The notes beneath the pieces were generated by a model, which worked only from the letters and a program-made list of their open reading frames with translations, had not been told where the DNA came from and made no database searches. A stretch of 64,000 nt of DNA from contig NW_024704742.1 of NCBI RefSeq assembly GCF_018977255.1, positions 19,594,001 to 19,658,000 on the forward strand, given 5' to 3'. A program made the translations under genes and the position numbers. This document shows positions 40,401 through 52,400 of this stretch, piece after piece. Origin of the DNA: Callorhinchus milii. Taxonomy: Eukaryota. How positions within the stretch are numbered: the first letter of the stretch is position 1; every line of letters starts with the position of its first letter.

Positions 40401-43400
40401 CCTATTGATTTTTTTTACTTATTTTCTCAGCAGTGTGTGCTTGTAGTAGACACTCTTTAAGTGCATACCAGTAAGGTTGCTCCTGTTATTGTACTGCTCC
40501 ATAGAATTTCACTTAGAACCCAATCTGTCAAACCTTGTTGCTTGGTGCTGTCATTCCCAGATGTGGTATGAAACTTGTCAGTGTGTCAAAAATATTCTAT
40601 TTTCCTCCGTAAATTTTCTCCCTGAAATTTTCCTTTTTTGAAGGTGTTTTGAATCCCTTTTTCTAATACAAAGGGTTCCACAAGCGCATACCACCGATAC
40701 CTCCCCACAAGTAGCTATTGCAGTAAAGTTCCATTATGACACTGTGGTTAATGTTCATATATTCCTAACCAGCAGTATAATGGAGTGTGATTGCCAGTCA
40801 GTGCTTCCCCATTAGTAATTAATGCTAAGAGTATTACCCCAATCGTGCTGTTGGCCAGGATCCTCCAACCTTTTGAATGATGCCCTATTTGAGAAACTTC
40901 CCTTCCAATTTTAATACCAGAAACATAACGTACCATTTACAGGTTACAGAGGGAGTGGGTTAGCCAGATTCAATGAAGGGGGGTGGGGGAGCATGACATC
41001 AGCATCTCGGAGCAGTTAACAGTCGCAGAGCCTGATGCCGGGAGGAGAGACGGAAGAGGTCCAAGAGGAATGTCTTGAGTCATGATCTGAAGGAAGGGGA
41101 AAGGCAGAGGGATTGGGTGAGAGAGTTCTAGAGTTCCGGGGAGTAGCAGCCCAAAGGACGCTGCCAATGGAGGAACAGTGGGGATGAACGACAAGCAGGA
41201 TGCCAGATTTTGAATGAGAGTTTCAGAGAAGGGGGGCAAAGGCGTAGAGATTTTGGGAGAGTTTCAGAGAAGAAGGGCAAAGTGGCTGAAAGGTTCCCAC
41301 CAATGGTGGGTGTGAATAGTCAGGGGGATGTGACAAGAATCTTAACCCAACACAAAACTCTAGTGGACCACCATTGGGAAATCTCGCCCACCCAGTTGTG
41401 AATAAATAAGAAAAAGCTGGGTCCTGCTCGGGTGTGCTGGCTCAGCTACAGTTGGCTGCTCTCATCCGACATTTACAGGATTTACCTGAGGTCACAGTAA
41501 CATGGAGTTGTGCAACCAAGTTGAACAGAAGGAAACTGAAATCAACATCAGATGTGAGTTAGGAAAATGTTTCCAGTGAATGAGACAGCACGGGCTACAA
41601 AAGTAAAGAATTAAGTGTATGCATCTGTGTGCACTAATGATCGTAATGCTGGCTAAATATTGATACAGTGGGCTGTTGTCTTCACATGTAATTTCATTGG
41701 AGAGCTTTGTATGGCTAGTTCTTGATAAATGTATATCTAGCTTGCCAGTAATTTAGCCTGTGCATGCAAAAACAGCCATAAATCGTTTCTAATGTTGTTC
41801 AAGTGCCATTGAACTTGGGAGACAAAAGAGGGAACACAGAGAAGACATAATGCACCCCACTTAAGCAAAGTTAATGGCTCACTCCCATTTGGAATGCCAA
41901 AGTACAGCTATATACTAGGTTAAATGCTAAGTCCTATGTACAATAAACAGGTTGTAAACAGTCACATGGAACTTGTAACCCATGCATTGCATTCTGACAG
42001 TCCAATTCAATGCTGAGATGTACTGCATGTTTAGAAGTGCCGTCCTTTGGATGAGTTGTTAAACCAAGGTCACCATCTGCCTGCCCAGGTGGACTTCAAA
42101 GATTCCACTATTTGAAAAGAGAAGTGAGTTTCTCCCAGTGTCCTGACCAACAATCCTCCCCAAAATAAAAAATTGTTCACTCAACTCCATGGCTGTGTGA
42201 CATCTAGCTGTGCACAAATTGGCTGCCAAATTCACCCACAAAATGTACACAGTCACACCACTATCTTGTGAAACGCTTTGAGATGTCTCGTTAACATGTT
42301 AAAGCGTTATATCAAATGCTACTCTTTTCCCCAATCACATTCCCAAATTCCTGAAACAAAAACAGAGAAAGCTGGGAAAACTCAGCAGGTCAGGCAGCAT
42401 CTACGGAGAAAGGAAAGTGAGTCAACGTTTCTGGTCCACGACCACGTTCTGACGAAGGGTCGTGGACCCGAAACGTTGACTCACTTTCCTTTCTCCGTAG
42501 ATGCTGCCTGACCTGTTGAGTTTTCCCTGCTCTCTCTGTTTTTGTTTCAGATTCCAGCATCTGCAGTATTTTGTGTTTTTTTCCGAAATTCCTGATTGTG
42601 TACACTCATTAAACCCAACATTATTTCCAATGGAACTCACACATAAAAGAGTTCTTCATCTGATGTCCCATCATTTATTCAAATGTAACATTTGTTTATA
42701 ATTCATTTTTTCAGGCTGATCGAGGACAATAAAATCCACAAGATTGCCATCCACTCCTTCATTGGGCTAGAATCGGTCATGCTCCTGTAAGTTTCTACAT
42801 TGTGCAACAGCAAGTTCAATATTTAACTTAAAGCTTTCATTCTTACTGATGTAAACAGACATTGATGTTTTCTTCTTTGTAGGTCACTGAACAACAACTC
42901 TATCTCTGAGATGCCAGAAGAAACCATTTGCAAAGAGATGCCAAAGTTAATGTACCTGTAAGAATTTCAATATGAATTTTAAACTGCAGTATAACTAAGC
43001 ATTGATGATTTACTGAATAAAATATGTTCATTGTCTCAAGGTCGCAAAATCACAAAACCACAGTAATATGTCTGTTTCACACAGAAAGCAATATACAAAC
43101 TCCATGGCAAGGGCAAAGGGGCTCTCGCCCCCTCTCAAACCCCTCCCCCAACAACCAAACCTACCATTACCCCCCTCCCCCAGAGGACCTGGGTTCAATT
43201 CCCAGGTGGGATGAAACCTTCGGCAAATTTCCTTACTTCACACACACACGCACCTCTGTTCACCTAGCAGTAAGTAGGAATCGGTGGCTAGTCGATTGGT
43301 GGTTCACTTTCTGGTTGTAATAATCCTCCTAAAACAAATAACAATAATAATTTGGTCATTCAATCTATGACTGTTTGTGGCAAATGCAAAGATTATTATT

Positions 43401-46400
43401 ATATATCACCCTTTAAAATAAACTAAAAAGGGATTTTGGCTTTCTTACTAATCTTCTGAGGTTAGTAGATATATTTCCTCACCTTCAATCCATGACGACT
43501 GTTTGTGCGAAATTGACTGTCATGTTTCGCCCACAAAATATACAGTCAAATACTTTACAGTTTATTCTGTGAACCCCTTTAGACATCTCGAAGACGTGAT
43601 AAGGTGCTTTATCAAATGCAAGGATTATTATTATTTATCTGCTGATGTATTTCGAACGTTTATAATCTGGCGTGAAATTTGAATTTCCTAATGTTAACTG
43701 CACCTATCAGTGAAGCACTGCAAATTTCGTCCCAACAAGTGAAGACGTAGGATAAGTCTTAGCGACAAACCAAATAACTTAGATGACATCAAGGCCCAAA
43801 AATGTTTTTATTACAACAGGAAACATAAAAAATAGCTTGCATTTATGTGATACCCTTCACATAAGACAACGTGTCTGAGCTCTTCAAAAGCAAGAGAGAA
43901 GTTGTTTAGGTTGGCATAGTGGCTAATAGATTAAACATACAGATCTATGTACGTGATTGAAATAGCAATACAGAATTAGAAAATACAACAGTCAGGGTTC
44001 TCTCCACTCTCAATGTACAGGTATATAGAACTTTAGCACTCTGTGTGTAAGTGGGTATTGTTCTTTAATCATCCCTGAAATTATTACATTATTCAGGGAA
44101 GAGGGAGGGGAATCGCTTGCATATGCACGTTACCTAAAGGATAGTTAGCAGCCCTAGCGAAACCAATGAAAATGGGGGTGGCTTGGTGTAAATAACAACT
44201 GCGGCTGAATACATGCATTGTCTTTTGTGAAGCTTTTTGTCCGCGATCAATCACAAGGCTGTGTAAGTAGTCAGGCTGTGACTGCGCTGAGATAGGGATC
44301 CATTAAAAGGGTACTGTTTTAATGAAAAACTTGTGCGGCAAACATTTTTTCTCAATTGTTTACAAATGGGCAATGAGGTGACATAAATCGCAGTGAGCTG
44401 TGTTCTTACATCACCTTCAGATAAAATCTTTGTGACGGTAATAACACAGGTCTCTTCTCCCACCCCCAAAAAGAAATGCCAACAAATTGTTTCATGAAGA
44501 GTCTTGTTTAAATGGAGTTCAAGCGCCACCTAGCAATCTGTTATGGTAACTACATATTCAGTTGAGGACTGTATAATCAATAATAATGGCACTCAAAGGG
44601 TAATAATAATAATCCTTGCATATAGCGCCTTATCACTTTGTTGAGACATCTCAAAGCGCTTCACAGAATATATTGACCATGAATTTGTAGACGAAACTGG
44701 AACAGAGGTCAATTGATGAGCTATACATTATCTTCTCCATGAAGCGCTTTGAGACATTTTTTCCTTTTGTTACTCTCCTGCATCAAACGCCACATAAATG
44801 TGCTATATAATTGCAAACAGTTGTTTTTTTTTGTTGGACAAGTCCATTTGGGCTCAGATAACCAAATGGTTTACATACTACCATCTCCTATTTATTGGCT
44901 GTTAATGAGAACTCTTGCTCTGTTCACTTGGTTTAAATTTTGAGTTACAATATATATTTTCGAATTGTTGCGCCTTCCAGCTAGAATGCTGTAGCCCTCA
45001 CTTGAATGTTAAAACTTCCTTTACATTTTGTGGTTCAGCTCTCTGTCACAATGGTTTATAATAGTTTGCTTTAAATAGACCTAGAACGGAAAGCAAATTG
45101 TGACAAATATTTTGAACTTGGCTCAATTATGTGTGTCTTTTTTAAAAAAAAATAATAATTTTAGAACTTTTAATAAGGTTGCTTATTTTTAGATAGAAAG
45201 TGGTCTTTTGGACAGGACATAGAAACACTATAGACATGTGGGGGCGCTGGTGCTGTCATCTAAGTTAATATAGTATATTAATGGGAGCTTATTTCTGTCA
45301 CATTATCAGGTTTCTAACAAGAGAAAGACAGAATGTCTGGAATAAAAACAGCTTTTATTAAAATGACATAATAATGGCAATCGTAAACAAAGTCCCATGT
45401 GCAAGTATAGTATATGACAATTGGGTGCAAGACATTGAGCGAGAGGGTAAGAGAGGGAGGAGGGAGGTGAAAAAGAGTTAGGGTTTCAGTTTTTTTTTAA
45501 AGATAATAATACTTAAACCATAATTGTTTTTAAAGCATAGGAGTAGGCAATTCAGCCCATCATGTCTGGGCCAGTTCCTTTAAGAGCAATCCTTTCAGTT
45601 CCATTTACCTGTCCTCTCCCTGTACCCTTGCAGTTGAATTATTTTATTCCTTATCATGTTCCCTTTTGAAAGCCACCTGCATTCGAATAGTGTCCTTCAC
45701 ATCAGGACAATGTCTCAAATCATTAGGGAGATGGGAAAATTGAGGGGATGAGGGAAATTGGGAGGATGAGGGAAACTGGAAGAATGGGACGTGATTTAGG
45801 GGAATAGGAGGAGATTGGTTTCCTGAGATCCAAATGAATTGTGTTATCGAAAATCTTTAGCAATTGGACAGGAGCTGAAATAGTTTCTAAAATGCTGGAA
45901 AAACTCTTATGCATATTAAAACTAGGTAGGGGTTCTGCAATATTTATGTTCTATTTTTATTCATGCAGATTCAGTTTCATGATTAGAGTTTTACATGATC
46001 TCTATTTTATTTTAGTGACATGGGAATAAACAATATCCAAATTCTGAAGAATACTACTTTCAAGCATTGCAGCATGTTAAGCGTATTGTAAGTAAAAAAA
46101 ACTTAGCACAGTGATTATGGCATTTCTCATGTATTTCTCATGTAAGTGCTCCAGGACACTATCCCGTGTGGAGAGCGCTATATAAATGCAAGTTGTTGGT
46201 GTTGTATTTCACATAGCTTGTTTTATGCTTTTTTAAGCACACCGAGATGGCACCCTACGTGAAAGCTGCTAGGTGAATGCAAGTTGTTGTTGTTGTACAG
46301 TTCTTCAGATGAATTTAGTTTTGTTTCAAGATATTTTATTGACCTTTAGTGCCTGAGTTTATTTGCTTAATATTATCTCATTGTAGTTCAGTTTATCAAT

Positions 46401-49400
46401 ATCAATTATATCTATCTGGTTCCATGTTAAGTGTCAGCTTAGTTCAATAGTTAGCTCTCTCAGGGGGTTGCAGATTGAAGCCCCATGTTGGAACTTCAGC
46501 TTGTGGTCTCAGTTAACCCTCCTGGAGAGCCCTTCTGTCATTTCAATGAGATGTTAAGCCAAAGTGATGCCTGTCTGTTCAAGTGGATGTTAAGGAACCC
46601 ATGACACTATTCTAAAAAAGTGAAGGAAATTTCTCCTGGTGCCCTGGTCAACAATCCTCCAGATAAATTGGTCATTCACCTCATGTTTGTGGGAGATTCC
46701 TGTGTGAAAAATTGGCTGTATTTTGTCTGCAAAATAGTCACTGTACTTTACAGTAATTTGAGATATTTAAACATTCTATAGGATCTATAAAAACACAATG
46801 ATTTGTATTACATTATCTCTCCCAGTGCAGTTATCCACTCTAATCCAATTCTCTCCCCAAATCTTTTAATATTATTTTCCTCAAAAGGAATTGGATAGAT
46901 TCCTTTTTAAATGCTTTATGAACTCAACTTCAACATCCATTTGTGGTGATATATTCCATTCCACATTATAATAATCCGGGTGAGAAAAATCTCTTCCACT
47001 CTTCCCCCTTTTATCTTCTGATTATAATCTTCAATTTCTTGCCTAGCTGATCCGTGGGAATAGTATCCGTCTGTTAAAGCCATTTATAAGTCCAAAGAAG
47101 ATATCAAGGGAATTGATTGGGAGATTCAAGGGGCTTTAGTCTCAATTGTTGAAACTTATCGGTATCTTGGGGACGTGGTGAACACCCAAGTTTTGCCTGG
47201 AGGTTACAGAGACGTCACGGAATCGTACCACAGTAGTAGGAAAAATAAGTAAAACTAATTCCTTCAGGAGAGGAGGATAGAGAAATCAGAGGATAACAAA
47301 TAGTAAACAATAGGATTACCTGCCAGGAAAGTGCATTGTGGCTTTGGCAGGAATTGATATAGTAGCTATGTAACTGAGAATATTAATGGACCTGTACGCT
47401 AACCTGTTTAACATTTCAATTCCTTTCAGTGCATTCAGCGAAAACAAGATCAACATTATACAAGATCATGCTTTCTCAGGATTGCAGAATCTTATAGAAC
47501 TGTAAGTTTTATAGAGTGTAAAGAAATCTACAAATCTTAATTCATAAGATCATCGAGCAGGTGGCAGGTGTAGCAAGCAAAGTACTCTGTTGCAATGATT
47601 AAAAGGAAGGTCATGAGGGAATCTAACCCCATCATTCTTGAGACTGCTGTGTCCAATTTCACAGCAGTACTGACAGAGAGAGATCCGATATCCAAGGTGA
47701 AGGATATCTGTCTGCAAACATTTTGTTCCAACTCAGAAACCCAGTCCAAGATGCATACTCAAAAAGACCATTACGTTTGCAAAAGATCATAGAAACATAG
47801 AATCTTACACCACAGAAGGAGGCAATTTAGCCCGTTGTGCCTCTTTGAAAACGTATCAAACTAGTCCCACTTCCCCCTCTTACATCATAGCCCTGCAATT
47901 ATTTCCTTTTCAAGTATAATAGCAGAAAGAATACGTTCAATTGGTATAGGGAAGCTAATGAAGGAAGGGAAGAAGAAAATAATTTTAAAAGGGGATTTTT
48001 AAATGAGGTGAAGCGAATAAAACTTGAAACAATCCAGAATTTTTTTAAGGGACCATCTATGAAGGCAAAGCCATTAAGAGCTACTGAAGCTAAAGGTTTG
48101 CACTGTGTTCATTGGTTTCATTATGCATAGATTCTCTTTAGTGTCTATTGAGTTTCTCTTAGAATTGTTGTGTTATATTTCACAGAAACTGATATGATCT
48201 TTTTATATGTTTCCACAGGGATCTGTCTAAAAACCGGATACAAGATATCTCTCCCCACTTATTTAAAGATATAACTGAACTTCGACAATTGTAATTTCAG
48301 CATCATTTACAACTACTTACTTTTACTGTTTCATCCTTATAATATCAATGTTGTGAAATATGTTCTAATTAACTGAAAGAGAAATTCACTCTCATTGTAG
48401 CATTTCACAAGACATAAAAGTTGTTACTTTCACACTGGTGCACATTATTGTTGGTACTGTTATGCAAATAGTGTAAGCAGATGCCATCATTATTTCACTA
48501 ACACTTAGAATGGTGGCAATCTGGTGCAAGCTCTTGATAGCATACCTCTTAAAAATATCAAAAACAGGTGCACATTTGCAGAACTGGCACCGTTTCCATA
48601 TTTCACTGATAGTTTGAACACATTTACTGCCTTAATACTTGTATCAGCCTTCTAACATTTAACATACTCCAATTAATGTAAAGCATGCCAGTGGATCTGG
48701 AGATACTGTTGATATGACATTATCCTTACAGTAGGAAGACAAAAGAATGCTGTTGTAAGCCCTCCGAGATGCGTTCTGGTGTGAAGGGCTCTATGTAAAT
48801 GCAAGTTGTTGTTGTTGTAACACTCTTCGGTCTAACGCTGCCCTGCTTCTAGTTTGATTCCAGCATTGATTAGCCGTCTTCCTGCGCTAACCGATGGAGA
48901 GGGAAGAGTTCTGATTCAACAACAATAACAATTTATATTTGTATACCATCTTTCATGTCAGGAGCTGGGGGTGTGGGAGCCAAGGTTGGGTGGGAAAGAG
49001 ACGGTCAAAGAGATAGGTCTTGAAACATATCTTGAATTCTGTCACATCTCCTTCATTGAGTACATATATCACTCACGCCACATTTTGTGGTTTGCTAATG
49101 AATGTGCACAAAGTGATATTAGTGCTTCTTCCTGCGCATAAAACAACAACAACAAAATTACATTTGTATAGCGTTTTTCACGTTGGGAGGACGTCCCAAG
49201 GTACTGGACAGCGTACAGCATTTCAGACACGAGCTGGGGTGAGGGCGGAAGAAGGGAGGGGAGAGGAAGGGGGGTTCGCTGATGGCATGGTCGAAGAGGA
49301 GGGTCTTGAGGCAGGATTTGAAGGAGGCTAAGGAGAGGGCGAGGCGGAGTGACTGGGGGATAGAATTCCAGAAGTTGGGGACAGAGTGGCTGAAGGCTCT

Positions 49401-52400
49401 TCCACCAATAGTGGGGTGGGTGGGTCGGGGGACATGGAGCAGGCCAGAGCCAGCTGAGTGGAGGGAGCGGGCGGGTTGTAGAGGGTTAGGAGGTCACAGA
49501 GGTAGGGTGGGGCAAGGCCATTGAGGGCTTTGTATGTGAGGACCAGGATCTTGAACTGGATCCTCTGAAGGATAGGGAGCCAATGGAGTCAGGCGAGAGT
49601 GGGGGAGATGGGGTCACAGAGTTTGGTGCAGGAGAGGACACGGGCTGCAGAGTTCTGGATTATCTGTAGTCTGTGGAGGGAAGAGTTGAAAAGGCCGACA
49701 AGCAGAGTATTTGCATAGTGGAGCTTGGAGATGATGAAGGCATGAACAAGAGTTTCAGTGGCCTGAGGGGTGAGGTAGTGGCGGAGTCTGGCAATGTTAC
49801 GGAGGTGAGGGAAGGCAGAGCGGGTCATGGCTTGGATGTGGGGAAGAAAAGATAGTTGAGGGTCGAACAAGAACCTAGGTTCCTGACTGGCTTGGTGAGT
49901 AGCGTGCAACATGCAGGAAGTGGGGGCAGTGGCAACCTAATGATCCAGAAGTCAACTATGATTCTTGTAATGATTCGCTTATGACATATTTGCTGAGAAG
50001 TTGGTCCCAGCCAAAAGTGCTATAAAATGTTCCTCTCTACCATGAAACTCAGTATATTAGTTATATTGTTGCAGGGCTGGATTTGCCAGATCACATTTAT
50101 AACTCACTTATAGCTGAGTGGGTATTAATGGACCATCGGCATTCTCAGGTATGCACAGAGATGTGAATCCTGTGTCATGCCGGCAATATAAAAAATCACA
50201 GTTACAGCAATGGTGAGAATTATCAAACAAATGGAATGCCCTCAGTCTAGGTAGACCCATTTTATCTCATCCTTCCAGAATATCCATCCTAACATTTTCC
50301 TATTAGCAATCAAACTGTTTCTTAGAAGAGTCCAGCAGCCTGGCCTCAAGTCTCTTCCTGGAAATCCATTTCAATTGTTAATTATACTCTGCACCAAGAG
50401 ATACTTCCTGGTTTGTGCATTCAAATTGCCCATTGAAGCCAGAATCCTGTGCCCTCTCGTTCTGCTCTCTAAGTGCATCCAAAACTAATTCCTGTTGGCA
50501 TTTGCTAGGAATTGAACTCGGCCTCCTGCTTCAAAGGTGGGAATTCTACCCTTGAGCCACTCCATTGTAAAATTTCTCTTTACTTCCAACAGTATTAGGC
50601 CAATAGAAAGTGTTTGATCCATTGGGTCACTATGAAAATCACTATTAAATCAAGTCATAGAAACTTGACACAGGCTTTTCAACTGAGCCGACAATGTATG
50701 TGCTGCATATGTAGATCATCAAAGTGTTTACATGTTCCAAACAGGGATGGCTTAGCATTCGTCTAGTCTGTCTTAATGTGGAATGTTTATGACCACATAA
50801 AGTAACAGGACTCTTTGTATGCAAAAGTACTGAATTAAAACTATTTCTCATTGTGTTTTGCAGGAATATTTCTTACAATCCAATTCAGCAAATTCAGTTG
50901 GATCAGTTTGACAATCTATTGAAATTAAAGTCACTGTAAGTTTTTGTGGCACTCTTTTGATATGGATCTTCTGATCTCCGTTTTAATATTCCACCTTTTG
51001 CTTTAAATTAATGAGCAGTATTGTTTTTTTTTAGTCGGCCGAATGTCTGACACATGTGGAAATCCCAAACCATGCTTAAGAGTATCCAGCACAACTGAGA
51101 ATTCCATGCATCCCACCAAACATGCAAATGCCAGAGATAAATTGTTGGAATGGAATACACATGCTCTCCCTGGAGGGACGCAGCCTGCTTACCTAATTCC
51201 AGAGAGTATTAGATGCAGGTTGGCAAGAGCCAAGGCTTGGTACCCATAGTGTGTTTTGGGGTACTGCTGGAGTGTAACAGCTAAACTACAATAATAATAA
51301 TCTTGCATTTGATACAGCTTAGAGGGCTCCGGCCTGCCTCACATCCCCCACCTCGCCGGGCCCCCCCATTGGCGGGCGGGCTTTCTGCCACTCTGCCCCA
51401 TCCTCTGGAACTCCATCCTGCAGTTCCTCTGCCTCGTTGCCTCCCTTGCCTCCTTCAAGGCCCATCTCAGGAAATCTTTAACATCTACCTGAACAGGCAG
51501 ATAGGACCTCAGATTAACGTCCCAACCAATGTACAGCACCTCCCCCAGCATTGCACTGGATTGTCAGTTTGGACGATTTGAGTTCAAGTCCCGAAATGGG
51601 TCTTGGCCTAGAGTGCTAACACTAAGCCAGGCTGACACTCTTAGAACTGCATAGCTTGTCATTGAAAGTATTGTCTCAAGCTTCCTCTGCTTATCCAGGG
51701 ACGTTGTCTCGCAAAGTCTTGTTGTCAATTGTCTTAATCTTATTTACTGTCACAATTTTCATCCCATTGCTTTTAGACTCTCCTTGTATTGTCCTGGTAA
51801 TTCCATCTCCACTTTGGGAAGGCAGGCCCTTGTTTCCCTCTGGGAACACGGATTCTGGGAGCTGGTTTATTTAGCAGTAAAAGATGATAGTGTGCATGCT
51901 GCAAACCAAACGTGGCTTTTTATGGACTTTGTTATTTTCTGTTATTGCAGTAACATGGAAGGAATGGAATTATCATTTCTGGAAGCCAGGATGTTTCAGC
52001 CACTTACAAATTTGTCCTTCGTGTAAGTATTATACAAGAATAGAGTCTGTGCTTTGCAATATATTTGCAGTGTTCCTCAAAGCGTTCCTTATCCTCATCA
52101 GCACAAGCAACAATAATTTGTTACTGTTTCTTAAGTAGCGTCACCCTTGTGGATGCTTCATTCACCATGTTGTTCCTCTAATTTCCTCTGTACTGGCTTC
52201 TCCTGTACTAGGTCAGCTGGCCAATGGTTCATAAAATCATAGAATCCAACAGCACAGAAGGAGGTCATTCAGCCTGTGCCAGCTCTTTGAAAGAGCTATG
52301 CAATTGGTCCCAATTTATCCAATTTAATGTGGTAAAACACCCATGGCAAATTGACTTCATGCAGATCTGGTGGAGACTCATAAAAGGAATTGTGTCTCAA

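Noticed and set aside
42278..42701. Pair of near-identical ORFs on opposite strands ([16 protein letters not shown])
   Set aside because: Artefact of the DNA palindrome, not protein coding.
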